Source of the DNA: a bacterium
Lineage (GTDB): Bacteria > UBP7 > UBA6624
Assembly: GCA_002716355.1 (NCBI GenBank)
Contig: PBAU01000005.1
Location: 50,425 to 82,424 of the forward strand
DNA: 32,000 bases
Direction: 5' to 3'
Under the pieces are notes generated by a model. That model ran no database searches. It was not told where the DNA came from and saw nothing but the letters and a program-made list of their open reading frames with translations. Positions 1 to 13,277 of this stretch are shown one piece after another (the first letter of the stretch is position 1; each line of letters opens with the position of its first letter). A program made the position numbers and the translations under genes.

Positions 1-54
1 AAGATTGCTTCCTACAAACCCAGCTCCACCAGTAACAAGAACCTTTCTTGACAT
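1..54 (-). CDS. NAD-dependent sugar epimerase/dehydratase (extended SDR); only the N-terminal 18 codons are present and the gene continues beyond the window edge
   Basis: The reverse complement of 1-54 reads MSRKVLVTGGAGFVGSNL, a GxxGxxG Rossmann start typical of extended SDRs. The ATG (52-54) abuts the stop (55-57) of the upstream nucleotidyltransferase gene. Confidence 0.6.
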   Translation of the reverse strand, partial: MSRKVLVTGGAGFVGSNL

Positions 55-1113
55 TTAATCAGGAACCTCAAGAACAGACCTGTCTCCAAGAACTACATTT
101 AACCTTGTATCAATATTTCCCTTTACAGTACATCCTTCACCTATCAAACAATTTGACATAGGGTACGAAACTGCAGAAAGAATACAGTTATCCATAATTA
201 TTGAATTTCCAATATCAACTGTGTTTATACGACAATTTTTGCCAATGCTTGTCCCAGCACTAATATTGGAATTTTTAACTATTGAATTTTTTCCTATGTA
301 GACAGGTCCTTCAATATATGAATTTTCAATCTTAGCTCCCTTTTCGACAATAACTTTTCCAGTAATTCGACCACCAGAAACAACACCATCGACTTTTGTT
401 TGAACATCTTCCAATAACAATTTATTTGCCTCTATTAAATCTTCAGGCAATCCAGTGTCCTTCCACCAACCATCAACTCTCATATGGTGAACTTTTACAG
501 AATCATCAATAAGACCTTGGATAGCATCAGTTATCTCATACTCACCCCTGTTGGAAGGTTTTAAATTTTCGATTATTTTATGAATTTTATTATTGAAAAA
601 ATATATACCAACAAGTGCAAGGTCAGAAGGTGGATTTTTTGGTTTTTCAATCATGCCAACAAGTTTTTCACCTTCAAAAATAGCAACACCAAACTGCTGT
701 GGCTTGTCAACCTTTGAAAGAAGAACCATTGATTCCATGTTTTTAGAATGAAATTCATCTGCGTATTTCTTAATACCGCCCTTTAAAACATTATCCCCTA
801 AAAACAAAAGGAAAGGATCATCCCCAAGCAACGGCCTTGCTGTTGCAACAGCATGGGCAAGACCCAAAGGCTGATCTTGAACAACGTATTCTAGATTCAT
901 GGAACCCCAAGAAGATCCACAAGATTCTCTTACCAAATCACCTGTTTCTGGAGAGATAAGAATAACAGTTTCTCTTATGCCTGCAACCTCTAAAGAATCC
1001 AATATGTGATGAAGTATAGGGGCTCCCACGATAGGAAGCAATTGTTTAGCTCTAGTGTGGGTTAAAGGCCTTAGCCTGGTCCCACTACCTCCAGATAGAA
1101 TCAACCCTTTCAT
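55..1113 (-). CDS. Sugar-1-phosphate nucleotidyltransferase, long form (glucose-1-phosphate thymidylyltransferase-like) with a C-terminal left-handed beta-helix
   Basis: The N-terminus MKGLILSGGSGTRLRPLTHTRAKQLLP carries the GxGTRLxPLT nucleotidyltransferase signature. The C-terminal third has hexapeptide-like repeats (IGKNSIV, ISAGTSIGKNCRI, IGNSIIMDNCIL). At 352 aa it fits the long RmlA-like form. Confidence 0.8.
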   Translation of the reverse strand: MKGLILSGGSGTRLRPLTHTRAKQLLPIVGAPILHHILDSLEVAGIRETVILISPETGDLVRESCGSSWGSMNLEYVVQDQPLGLAHAVATARPLLGDDPFLLFLGDNVLKGGIKKYADEFHSKNMESMVLLSKVDKPQQFGVAIFEGEKLVGMIEKPKNPPSDLALVGIYFFNNKIHKIIENLKPSNRGEYEITDAIQGLIDDSVKVHHMRVDGWWKDTGLPEDLIEANKLLLEDVQTKVDGVVSGGRITGKVIVEKGAKIENSYIEGPVYIGKNSIVKNSNISAGTSIGKNCRINTVDIGNSIIMDNCILSAVSYPMSNCLIGEGCTVKGNIDTRLNVVLGDRSVLEVPD

Positions 1114-1140
1114 AACAGGTTTTAAGAAAAGATCGTATTG

Positions 1141-1998
1141 TTAAGGCTTTCCAAATGTTTCAAATAATTCAACAAGTTCATCTTCTTCTTCATAGTCAAA
1201 ATAGCTATTTATACCAACTGCAAACCCAAAAGTAAACATTGTTTCATCAGTTCTGAAAGCATCATTATCACAACCTGTCAAATTAACAGTACAGCCATAA
1301 CTTTCTAAAGTTGTTGCACCAAGGCTTATCCATAAAGGATTATCGGGGCTTGTTTGCCACCATAACGCAACACTTTGTCCAGGTTCCTTAGTAACAAATG
1401 CTGAAGATGCAAACTCATAATGCATTTTTAGCCTAGGGGAAAACCAAAGGCTGAAATTTCCAAAAACTGAAGCCTCTGTAGCATCAAACTCATCAGCACC
1501 AATACTGACACCTAAATTAAAATCACCTCTAGAGTAAGGGGATTGAGCAACAAGGAAACCACCCCATTCTTCAAAATTCCCATGAGAAGCTGTCCAACCC
1601 ATGGTTCCACCCATAGAGATTCTCCCAAAAAATGAATCTGGATTGTTACGTAATGATTTCTTGATCGTGAACTGATGCCAATCATATCCATGAACATTCG
1701 AAGTGCTCCAACCACCTTCAAGGCCTTCACCCATCCACCAAGAGATGCCTCCTAAATGTAAAACGTCTGAATTAGCATCAGACATATTCGATGTACCCCA
1801 TCTAGAAAGATAAAAAAAGTCTGCCTCCGGTTCAGAAACCTGAGAAAAACCAATCCTGATTTCATTTTTATTAGGCATTTCTGCTGTAGGCGTTAAAAAA
1901 TAACCTGAAGAACCATTGTTCCCAGCATAATGACTAGGTAAAGCAAATAAATTGCTACTAAAAATCAAACCACAAAGTATAAATAATATTTTTTTCAT
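1141..1998 (-). CDS. Secreted hypothetical protein, possibly an outer-membrane beta-barrel
   Basis: Signal peptide MKKILFILCGLIFSSNLFALP. The protein is rich in Gly, Trp, Ser and aromatic residues with alternating patterns (FTFGFAVGI, GNFSLWFSP). I recognised no named family. Confidence 0.45.
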   Translation of the reverse strand: MKKILFILCGLIFSSNLFALPSHYAGNNGSSGYFLTPTAEMPNKNEIRIGFSQVSEPEADFFYLSRWGTSNMSDANSDVLHLGGISWWMGEGLEGGWSTSNVHGYDWHQFTIKKSLRNNPDSFFGRISMGGTMGWTASHGNFEEWGGFLVAQSPYSRGDFNLGVSIGADEFDATEASVFGNFSLWFSPRLKMHYEFASSAFVTKEPGQSVALWWQTSPDNPLWISLGATTLESYGCTVNLTGCDNDAFRTDETMFTFGFAVGINSYFDYEEEDELVELFETFGKP

Positions 1999-2003
1999 AA
2001 TTA

Positions 2004-3116
2004 CTACCCTCCAACAACCCTTGAATTATAAAGGTTTAGATGGCTAGATAAAACACTTAACACCAATCCTACTAAACATCCGAGCGATATCCAACCTGAA
2101 CCACCTTGAGATAAAGGTATTAATGGAAAGCCGGTCGTTGGAATCAGCTCCAAAGCAACACCTATGTTAAAACAACAATGGAAAATCATATAACCTGCAA
2201 AGCCTATAAGCAGCTGTTTGGCTGCTCCAGCCGGAATTCTTTCCGAAAGATTCAAAGCCCCAAATGAAGCCCAGGAATATAAGCCAACAATTAAGGAAAC
2301 TAGAAAAAGTCCTCCAGTTCTAAAAAAAACAGCAAAAACAAGGTCATTTTGACGTTCTGGCAACCAATGTACCTCCTGTTTAACAGATTCAGAAAAACCA
2401 GAACCCCATAATCCACCTTTAGCCATTTGAATATGTGCTGCTTCAATCTGCCAACGATCATCCGATGAAGCTTCAGAACCAGCAAAAAAAGTCTCGATCC
2501 TTTTAACCTGGTGAGGTTTCACGAAGGGAATGCTTTCGTAAACAGGAATTAAACTTTTGCCACCTATAAAAAAAATCAGGATTGCAATAATGGGCAAGCC
2601 TGTACTGAAAAATTTATTAACCTTTGAGCAAAAAATTTGAATCCATGTGATTCCAGCCATAACTATCAAGGTTCCCATTTCTGGTTGTAATGCAATCAAA
2701 ATAAATACCAATGCATTCACCAAGATGCAAAAAACAAATCCATTTAATGGTCCTAACCCAACACCTTTTCTTCCTCCTAAAATAACTGAATTTACTACAA
2801 TCAATCCAACTTTAGCTAATTCGGAAGGCTGAAGCGTAAAAGGACCTATTTGGATCCATGAATTAATACCTCTTATCTCTGGTAAAAACAAAACTAAAAT
2901 CAAAAGAAAAAAACAAATAATTGTACTTATTATCGATATATTCCAGGCATTATTAACTTTCTGCCTAGAAAAAAAATAACCTGCAAGATATGCAACTGTC
3001 ATCAATGAAACAATTTTTATAGAATCACTAGATGAATTACTTAGATAAAGCTGAATGAAAACACCTAAAAAAGAAAGAATGAAAACTGGATAAATAAAAC
3101 TTGGAATTCTCAACAT
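2004..3116 (-). CDS. SEDS-family peptidoglycan glycosyltransferase (RodA/FtsW family)
   Basis: About 10 hydrophobic segments. The motifs NDLVFAVFFRTGG and PTTGFPLIPLSQGGSG match the SEDS consensus (SDFIFAvigEE.G ... P.TG.pLPf.SyGGSS). Its ATG overlaps the tpiA stop by 1 nt. Confidence 0.8.
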   Translation of the reverse strand: MLRIPSFIYPVFILSFLGVFIQLYLSNSSSDSIKIVSLMTVAYLAGYFFSRQKVNNAWNISIISTIICFFLLILVLFLPEIRGINSWIQIGPFTLQPSELAKVGLIVVNSVILGGRKGVGLGPLNGFVFCILVNALVFILIALQPEMGTLIVMAGITWIQIFCSKVNKFFSTGLPIIAILIFFIGGKSLIPVYESIPFVKPHQVKRIETFFAGSEASSDDRWQIEAAHIQMAKGGLWGSGFSESVKQEVHWLPERQNDLVFAVFFRTGGLFLVSLIVGLYSWASFGALNLSERIPAGAAKQLLIGFAGYMIFHCCFNIGVALELIPTTGFPLIPLSQGGSGWISLGCLVGLVLSVLSSHLNLYNSRVVGG

Positions 3117-3826
3117 TAGGCAACGGCATCAATTAAAGCTCTATAGCTATCGGCATTCAAACTTGCACCACCAATTAAAAATCCGCTAATTAAACCTGAA
3201 TTTAAGTAATTAGATACATTGTGACTATTGACAGAGCCTCCGTAAAGAACATCAATGTCCCTTTTACAAAAATCCTTACATAGCAATGATGCCTCATCAG
3301 CATCTTTGGAACCTGCGGGCATGCCACTGCCAATTGCCCATACTGGCTCATACGCTATTGTCAAATTCTCATCAGAAAGAAAATCTCCAAGATAAGAAAT
3401 TTGTTTTTTTAACACCTCGCCTGTTAAGCCTTTTTCTTTGTCTTCAATCGTTTCACCAACACAATAAACAGTTTTTATCCCTAGACTCAATGCAGTTTCA
3501 ACCTTTTTTTTCAAAAATTCTGAACCTTCTTTGAACACATGTCTTCTTTCACTATGACCAACTAAAAGCCAATTGACATTTATTTTTGGAAAATCAAAAA
3601 TAGAAACCTCACCGGTTAAGGCTCCTGACTTTTCAGGATTACCATTTTGTGCACCAATTTCAACCCCTAATAAATTATTTTGCGCTGAACTGAGGCAAAG
3701 AAAAGTTGGAAAAATAACAGTTTTTACATTATCTGGTATAGACCCATAGGATTTAAGTTTTTCAAAAAAAGCTAAAGATGAATCAGGATCATGGTTCATC
3801 TTCCAGTTACCTGCAATTATTGTCAT
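3116..3826 (-). CDS. tpiA: Triosephosphate isomerase
   Basis: Contains IAGNWKMN, LVGHSERR, AYEPVWAIGSG, LYGGSV and FLIGGASL. Confidence 0.92.
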   Translation of the reverse strand: MTIIAGNWKMNHDPDSSLAFFEKLKSYGSIPDNVKTVIFPTFLCLSSAQNNLLGVEIGAQNGNPEKSGALTGEVSIFDFPKINVNWLLVGHSERRHVFKEGSEFLKKKVETALSLGIKTVYCVGETIEDKEKGLTGEVLKKQISYLGDFLSDENLTIAYEPVWAIGSGMPAGSKDADEASLLCKDFCKRDIDVLYGGSVNSHNVSNYLNSGLISGFLIGGASLNADSYRALIDAVA

Positions 3827-4980
3827 AAATTTAAAACCTCCAAACCAGGTAATTTTTTACCTGAAAGATAATATAAAGTGGCTCCTCCAGCTAGAGATTC
3901 AAAATAAAAACTGCCTTCCATTCTTGCCATCTTGACAGATGCTAAAGTCTCACCACCGCCTATGTAAACCTTTGCTGAATGGTTTCCCAATATCATAGCT
4001 AAAGTTTCAGTGCCTTTGCTAGCGCCTTCCATTTCAAAAGCACCAAAAGCACCATTCCAAAAGAATGTATTAACAGAATCTAAATCTTTAAATGAGTCTG
4101 ATATTGAAGAAGGGCTCGCATCCAAAATATTATCTTCAGGAAGAACTTTTTTAAAATCCTTTTCTTTAAAAATATTTTGATTTTTGACAACAACTTTTTG
4201 CGGCAAGATTAACCTTGGAGAATTCTCACTTTGACACCATTCAAAAAAACTTTTTGCCCAGTCTAAATTATCAGGGTCATGCAAGCTAGAACCTATCTCA
4301 TAACCTAAAGCCTTATAAAAAGTGTTTGCAATACCTCCACCCAACACAAAACCTTGAACTTTATCCTTTAAGGAGGATATTAATGGTATTTTTGTTTTTA
4401 ATTTTGCACCTCCCATAACAACCCAAAAAGGATTTTTAGGGTTATGTGTCAAAGCATGAAGGTTTTGTGTTTCATGCAATATTGACGGTCCTGCAAAAGA
4501 AGGCAAATGTTGTGCAATACCAAAAACTGATCCATGTGCTCTATGGCAAACTGAAAAAGCATCATTCACAAAACAGTCTCCAATACTGGAAATTTTTTTA
4601 ATAAAATCTTCACTACAGTTCTGTTCTCCTGCATCAAACCTAACATTCTCTAAAAAAACAACAGAATGTTTCAATTGTTTTTTTATTGATTTTCTATCAA
4701 TATTTCCAAGATACAAAAAACAAGGAAGATTAGAATTTTGTGAAAAACTTTCAACAACTGGCTTAAGGCTTAAGCTTGAAACTTTTTTACCATTTGGTTT
4801 ACCTAAATGGCTAATAACAATAATTTTTGCACCAGCTTCATATAGATTTCTAACAGTTTCTACAGAGTTTAAAATCCTTGAATCATCAAGGATTTTAGAA
4901 CCAGATATAGGAACATTTAAGTCAAGTCTTAAGAGTACATTTTTGGACTTAAAATGTTTATACCATTTTTGATCAATCAC
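3823..4980 (-). CDS. pgk: Phosphoglycerate kinase
   Basis: Contains LLRLDLNVP, SHLGKP, FLENVRF, VNDAFSVCHRAH, VMGGAKLKTKI, WNGAFGAFE and GGGET. GTG start in a GTGA overlap with the gap stop. Confidence 0.92.
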   Translation of the reverse strand: MIDQKWYKHFKSKNVLLRLDLNVPISGSKILDDSRILNSVETVRNLYEAGAKIIVISHLGKPNGKKVSSLSLKPVVESFSQNSNLPCFLYLGNIDRKSIKKQLKHSVVFLENVRFDAGEQNCSEDFIKKISSIGDCFVNDAFSVCHRAHGSVFGIAQHLPSFAGPSILHETQNLHALTHNPKNPFWVVMGGAKLKTKIPLISSLKDKVQGFVLGGGIANTFYKALGYEIGSSLHDPDNLDWAKSFFEWCQSENSPRLILPQKVVVKNQNIFKEKDFKKVLPEDNILDASPSSISDSFKDLDSVNTFFWNGAFGAFEMEGASKGTETLAMILGNHSAKVYIGGGETLASVKMARMEGSFYFESLAGGATLYYLSGKKLPGLEVLNL

Positions 4981-5984
4981 TCATTTGCCGCCATATATTC
5001 TGCTAAATCAACAACCCTTGTTGCGTAACCAGTTTCATTGTCATACCATGAAAGAACCTTGATCAAAGAACCCATAACATAAGTTGAAGCAGCATCAAGT
5101 ATTGAAGATCTTTTATCACCTTCAAAATCCTTTGAAACTAATGGGATATCTTCATATCCTAAAATTCCGTTAAGCTCACCCTTGCTAGCTTTTTTAAATT
5201 TCTCATTTACAGACTCAACATTATCGGCAGGGTTTTTAACCTTGACAGTCAAGTCAACAAGCGAAACTGTTGGTGTGGGAACCCTGATAGCCATACCGTT
5301 CAGCTTGCCTTTTATTTCTGGTAAAACAACACCTATCGCTTTAGCTGCGCCAGTGCTTGTTGGAACAGTGTTCAAGGCAGCAGATCTAGCTCTTCTTAAA
5401 TCTTTGTTTGGGCCATCAATAAGATTTTGTCCAGCGGTATAGGCATGAATAGTTGTCATTAAACCTTCATCAATACCATAATTATCATTCAAAACTTTAG
5501 CAATAGGTGCTAAACAATTTGTAGTACACGAAGCATTGCTGACAATCACATCTTTTGAAGCGTTGAAATCTTTATGGTTTACACCCATCACAAAAGTACC
5601 ATCTATATCACCTTTTCCAGGTGCTGAAATAATTACCCTTCTTGCTCCTGCACGAATATGAGATAAACCAAGTTCTTTTGTTCTAAATATACCTGTTGAT
5701 TCAACAACATAATCAACCCCAATGTCACCCCAAGGTAAATCTTCAGGATTACGTGAATTAAAGATAGGGATTTCCTGATCGTCAACATAAAGACTAGAGC
5801 CTTTTGCCCTTACGTTACAAGGCAACTTTCCATAAACTGAATCATACTTTAAAAGATGCGCTAAAGATTCAACAGGCATTAAATCATTAATGCCCACTAC
5901 CTCAACATTCTTTCGTCCGAATGCGGACCTAAAAACAAGTCGCCCTATCCTACCGAACCCATTAATTGCAAGTTTAATTTTCAT
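4977..5984 (-). CDS. gap: Glyceraldehyde-3-phosphate dehydrogenase
   Basis: Contains INGFGRIGR, SNASCTTNCLAP and WYDNETGY. I place the start at the ATG at 5982-5984 (MKIKLAING). It is preceded by GGAGGA (reverse complement of 5992-5997) and forms an ATGA overlap with the yvcK-like stop. The five extra codons (MEEEK) in the ORF track are probably not translated. Confidence 0.93.
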   Translation of the reverse strand: MKIKLAINGFGRIGRLVFRSAFGRKNVEVVGINDLMPVESLAHLLKYDSVYGKLPCNVRAKGSSLYVDDQEIPIFNSRNPEDLPWGDIGVDYVVESTGIFRTKELGLSHIRAGARRVIISAPGKGDIDGTFVMGVNHKDFNASKDVIVSNASCTTNCLAPIAKVLNDNYGIDEGLMTTIHAYTAGQNLIDGPNKDLRRARSAALNTVPTSTGAAKAIGVVLPEIKGKLNGMAIRVPTPTVSLVDLTVKVKNPADNVESVNEKFKKASKGELNGILGYEDIPLVSKDFEGDKRSSILDAASTYVMGSLIKVLSWYDNETGYATRVVDLAEYMAANE

Positions 5985-7255
5985 TTTTTCTTCCTCCATT
6001 TTTTAGCAATCTCATATATACATTTTCCCAATTTATCAGAATCATGATGAGCAAATTTTTTCTCATTTGTAAATTTTTTTACTATTGGTTTAACACCAGA
6101 AGCAAGCAAATTTATTAAATCGTATTTTAAAGGCGCAACGCCTCTTTCAGCATATCTTTTCTTTTGCTTTTCAGACACCTCTTTATTTAAAATTATGTAA
6201 TCCAATTTACCAACTTTAGAAATTATCTCAAACATATGATCTTCAACAGACATATCATTTGTTTCTCCGTTTTGAGTCATCATATTTGAAATATAAATTT
6301 TGCATGCTTTGGATTTTTTAATCTCCTTTGAAAGATCCTCAATCAATAAATTTGCAATTACCGAAGTGAATAAACTTCCAGGACCAAAAATTATCAAATC
6401 AGATTCCCTGATAGCTTTTACTGCTTCCGGTGTGGGCTTTACATTTTTTTCTTTCAACCTCAAATTAAAAATTCTTCCTTCTGATTCAGGAAGATTGGCT
6501 TCTCCCTCAATAACCTTTCCGTTTTCTTTTTCTCCAATTAAAGTCAAAGGAATGTTAGCAGCAGGTATAACAGAACCCATCAGATTGAATGCTTTACCGA
6601 TATCACCTATACCTTTTGCTAAATCTTTTTCTTGTTCGGAAAGAGCAAAAAGGATTAAATTCCCCAATGAATGACCTTTAATTTTTCCTTTCTTAAACCT
6701 GTATTGAAAAAACCTCTCCATGAAAGATTCATTTTCAGCCAGTGCAACTAAACAATTTCTAATATCTCCTTGTGGTATGGATCCAAATTCGTCTCTAAGC
6801 ATACCGCTTGAGCCACCAGAGTCAGCTACAGTCACAATTGCGTTGATATTTGTTGTCCATTTTTTTAAACCTCTAAGAAGGGTTGAAAGCCCATGTCCTC
6901 CACCTATAACAGTGACCGACATCCTGTGGGAAAGAACCTGATCCACAAAAACTTTACCCGCTAACTGTCCCTTTTTTAAGTCTCTACTTACTGACTTGAT
7001 TAATATTTGATTAATTCTATAAATACCTAAAATAAAAATAAAAAAACCACTGATTAGGAAAAAATTAGTAAAGAAAGCTTCCTCAGTCAAAAAACTTATT
7101 ATGCTAAACGCAATACTTTCATCTATGCTTGAGACTAAAAAACCATGAAAACCAAGGCTGAATACAACAAGTCCAAATAATGCCAACCATGTCCACCTCT
7201 TGATATTCATACCTGGAAAAAACCAAGCCAAATACTTTTTCAAAAAATCCCTCAA
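5981..7255 (-). CDS. YvcK/CofD-family protein (gluconeogenesis factor / UDP-sugar-binding family) with an N-terminal membrane domain
   Basis: Contains VIGGGHGLSTLLRGLK, AIVTVADSGGSSGMLR, GDIRNCLVAL, HSLGNLIL and GPGSLFTS. The first ~100 aa hold 2-3 hydrophobic helices (WLALFGLVVFSLGF, FFLISGFFIFILGI). Confidence 0.8.
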   Translation of the reverse strand: MRDFLKKYLAWFFPGMNIKRWTWLALFGLVVFSLGFHGFLVSSIDESIAFSIISFLTEEAFFTNFFLISGFFIFILGIYRINQILIKSVSRDLKKGQLAGKVFVDQVLSHRMSVTVIGGGHGLSTLLRGLKKWTTNINAIVTVADSGGSSGMLRDEFGSIPQGDIRNCLVALAENESFMERFFQYRFKKGKIKGHSLGNLILFALSEQEKDLAKGIGDIGKAFNLMGSVIPAANIPLTLIGEKENGKVIEGEANLPESEGRIFNLRLKEKNVKPTPEAVKAIRESDLIIFGPGSLFTSVIANLLIEDLSKEIKKSKACKIYISNMMTQNGETNDMSVEDHMFEIISKVGKLDYIILNKEVSEKQKKRYAERGVAPLKYDLINLLASGVKPIVKKFTNEKKFAHHDSDKLGKCIYEIAKKWRKKK

Positions 7256-8454
7256 GATATCTTTACCCCATTTCTTTTAAGCTGTTCAATAAAATTATAA
7301 TAACCTCTCTTTAAATGCCCTTTGTCAAATATAGTGCATTTTTTCCCTTCTGATAATGCAGCGACAATCAAAGCTGCCGCACATCGCAAATCTGTCGAAT
7401 TCAATTCAGCGCTATTTAAATTTTCCACACCTTCGATAATGCACTCTTGATTTTTTATTATCACATTAGCTCCCATTTTTCGCAATTGCTTCAAATGCAA
7501 AAACCTTTTTTCAAAAACCGTTTCAACAATCCTGCTTACACCTGTAGCTTTGCATAAAACTGCGCTAACCAAAGGTTGCAAATCAGTAGGAAAAGCTGGA
7601 TGTGGTCCAGTTTGAAAATTAATTGCCTTTATTGACTTTGGTGATTTTATAAATATATCATTTTTATCTCTTGTTACCTTTGCTCCCATTGATTGAATAA
7701 GAGCTGTAAAGGACTCCAGATCGTCAAAAGGATAATTACGTATTTTTCCAGAACCTCTACTTGACAAAAGACAACATGCAAAAGTTCCAGCAACAATCCT
7801 GTCTGAAGGTATTTTTATCCTTGCGCCAGAAAGAGAATCATGTTCAACATACAAAGAAGAGCTTCCTATACCTTTAATCTTTGCTCCATATTTTTTTAAA
7901 GCCTTGCATAAAGAAATGATTTCAGGTTCTCTTGCAGCATTATGAATAGTTACATTATTATGAAAAAACATAGAAGCCATAAGTATGTTTTCTGTTGCTC
8001 CAACACTAACCCCTACCATATTTACTATTTTTTCATGCTGTTTATCTTTCCTTTTATCGTAAAAAACCTCGATTAAACCATCCTTATGATACTTGCACTG
8101 AAAGCCTAAAGATTCAAAACCAGCTAAATGAAAATCTATAGGTCTTTTTCCTATCTTGCATCCTCCAGGAAGATACACTTTCGCTTTACCAAACCTAGCT
8201 AAAAGTGCTCCTAAAAATAAAACACTTGCACGCATTTTTTTACTTGAATTAAAATCTATTGAATAGCTATTGATAGATCTTGTGTCAACATTGATGCCAC
8301 CATTCTCCCATGAACATTTAGCACCTAACTTTTCCAAAATGCCTACAGCAACATCAACATCGGATATCTTTACAACAGGATAAAGCCTGCATTTATCATT
8401 TGCAATTATTGTGGAAGCGAGAATAGGCAATACCGCATTCTTTGAAGGCTGCAC
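7252..8454 (-). CDS. murA: UDP-N-acetylglucosamine 1-carboxyvinyltransferase
   Basis: Contains KNAVLPIL, LPGGCKIGKRPIDFH (catalytic Cys loop), AAREPEI, PHPAFPTDLQ, ETVFEKRFLH and TDLRCAAAL. The track start is a GTG at 8452-8454. Conserved N-terminal residues continue in frame upstream to 8496 without a canonical start (see findings). Confidence 0.9.
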   Translation of the reverse strand: MQPSKNAVLPILASTIIANDKCRLYPVVKISDVDVAVGILEKLGAKCSWENGGINVDTRSINSYSIDFNSSKKMRASVLFLGALLARFGKAKVYLPGGCKIGKRPIDFHLAGFESLGFQCKYHKDGLIEVFYDKRKDKQHEKIVNMVGVSVGATENILMASMFFHNNVTIHNAAREPEIISLCKALKKYGAKIKGIGSSSLYVEHDSLSGARIKIPSDRIVAGTFACCLLSSRGSGKIRNYPFDDLESFTALIQSMGAKVTRDKNDIFIKSPKSIKAINFQTGPHPAFPTDLQPLVSAVLCKATGVSRIVETVFEKRFLHLKQLRKMGANVIIKNQECIIEGVENLNSAELNSTDLRCAAALIVAALSEGKKCTIFDKGHLKRGYYNFIEQLKRNGVKIS

Positions 8455-8497
8455 ATCAAAATCACCCTTTAAAGGTTTTCCGCCTTTGACTTCAATC

Positions 8498-11196
<2,699 letters not shown>

Positions 11197-11197
<1 letters not shown>

Positions 11198-12717
11198 TAC
11201 TCTCCTTTCTTAAACACCTTAGCGAATTTTTCACAAACAGATTTCAATCTTTTATCAATTTCATCAGTTAATTTTGCTTCTTTGTTAACTTCATTCATCA
11301 AATCAGGATCTTCATGATTAACAAAAGTTAATATTTCAGATTCGTATTGAGAAATGTCATCAACTTCAACTGCATCAAGATAGCCTTTTGTTCCTGCATA
11401 CAGCACCAAAGCCATTTCACCAATAGACATTGGGTTGTATTGGGGTTGTTTTAAAATCTCAACCATTCTTTGACCCCTGTCTAATCTTGCTTGTGTTCTT
11501 TCATCAAGATCACTACCGAATTTAGCAAATGCTTCAATTTCTCTATATTGTGCTAACTCTAATCTCAAACTACCACCTAGCTTTTTAATTATGTTTGTTT
11601 GTGCAGCACCACCAACACGACTTACAGAAAGACCAACATTGATAGAAGGTCTTACCCCTGCATTAAACAAATCAGGATAGAGGAAAATTTGACCATCTGT
11701 AATCGATATAACATTGGTCGGTATGTATGCCGTCTCGTTACCCTCAAGTGTTTCTATAACAGGAAGACATGTCATAGATCCACCTCCTAATTTATCACTT
11801 AATTTAGAAGCTCTTTCAAGAAGCCTACTATGTAAATAAAAAACATCACCAGGGTAAGCTTCTCGACCTGGAGGCCTTCTTAAAAGAAGTGAAATTTCTC
11901 TATAAGCATTCGCTTGTTTTGACAAATCATCAATCAACAATAAAGAATGCTTACCGTCAAACATGAAATGTTCCCCCATTGCAGCAGCTGCATATGGAGC
12001 CAAAAACTGTAAAGCTGCCGGTGAACTTGCTGGAGAGCTGACAACTGTTGTGTAATCCATAGCACCAGCTTGCTCCAAAGCTTCAACAACCTCCTTAACG
12101 GCAGATGCTTTTTGTCCAACCGCAACATAAACACAATAAACATCAGTATTTTTCTGATTAATTATCGCATCAACAAGAATTGCAGTTTTTCCTATCTGCC
12201 TATCACCAATAACCAACTCTCTTTGACCCCTTCCTATCGGCACCATCGCATCAACTGCCTTTAATCCTGTTTGCAAGGGTTCATGTACTGCTTTTCTTTC
12301 CAAAACCCTAGGGGCAATAATTTCCATAGGACGATTGGAGGCACCTATAATTTCGCCTTTTCCATCAATAGGTCTTCCCAAGGCATCCACTACTCTTCCC
12401 AATAAAGCTTCACCAGTTGGTATATCAAGCTGTCTTTGAGATCTTTTAACCGTATTGCCTTCTTTGATGCCTTTGTAATCATCAAGAATGATGACTCCAA
12501 CAGAACCTTCATTCAAGCTTAAAGCAAGACCTCTTTCTCCTCCTGGTTCAAATTCAACCATCTCTCCTGCTTGAACCTTGTCTAAACCATACACCTCAGC
12601 AATACCATCTCTTACCTGTATAACAGTTCCAACGCTTTCAAGCTTTAATGCATCTTTATGATTGTCTAAAGATTTTTTTAAAGCAGATGCAATTTCATCA
12701 GTTCTTAATTTACTCAT
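11197..12717 (-). CDS. atpA: F1 ATP synthase alpha subunit
   Basis: Contains the Walker A motif [35 protein letters not shown] and ITDGQIFL. Confidence 0.97.
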
Positions 12718-12725
12718 ATTTCCTC

Positions 12726-13277
12726 CTAATTACTTGCGAGTGATTGTTTAATTTTCTTCAATGCACTTTGAACACTCGCGTCAACCATGTATCTTCCCAT
12801 CCTCAACTTGAATCCCCCAATCAAACCCTTAACAGTTTTTTGTTTCAAAATAACTTTGCAGCCAAGTTTTTTTCCAAGATCTTTTTCAAAATTTGCTAAT
12901 AATTTATTTGAAATTTCTTGACCTAACTCCAAAACACCTCTTTTAATGCCTTGATGGTCATCAACCAATTCCTCATAATATTCAGCTATCTGACTGAAAT
13001 AATCAATTTTTCCATTTTTAACAATTATGTTTAAAAACAAATAAAAATCTTTGTCGGTCTTAAGATCCTTACAAATCGAATCTAAAATACCTTGCTTCTC
13101 CTTAGAAGAAACTGAAGGATGTTGAAAAACCTTCATCAGATCAGGTTCGTCTATTAACAAAGCTGAAAATGAATTAAACCACTCTTTTGATTCAGTTAAC
13201 CCTTTTTCAGAATCAGACCAAATTCTCCAAGCGCCTTTAGCATAAGCGGATCCGATAGACAGACCTTCAAGTCTCAA
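12726..13277 (-). CDS. atpH: F1 ATP synthase delta (OSCP) subunit
   Basis: Lies between atpF and atpA. The C-terminus [25 protein letters not shown] matches the OSCP consensus (liGG..v..gd...D.Sv...L). Confidence 0.75.
   Translation of the reverse strand: MRLEGLSIGSAYAKGAWRIWSDSEKGLTESKEWFNSFSALLIDEPDLMKVFQHPSVSSKEKQGILDSICKDLKTDKDFYLFLNIIVKNGKIDYFSQIAEYYEELVDDHQGIKRGVLELGQEISNKLLANFEKDLGKKLGCKVILKQKTVKGLIGGFKLRMGRYMVDASVQSALKKIKQSLASN

Noticed and set aside
5985-5999. Five-codon N-terminal extension (MEEEK) of gap given in the ORF track
   Set aside because: The extension codons themselves form the GGAGGA ribosome-binding site for the ATG at 5984. That ATG also makes an ATGA overlap with the upstream stop and gives the canonical MKIKLAINGFGRIGR start.
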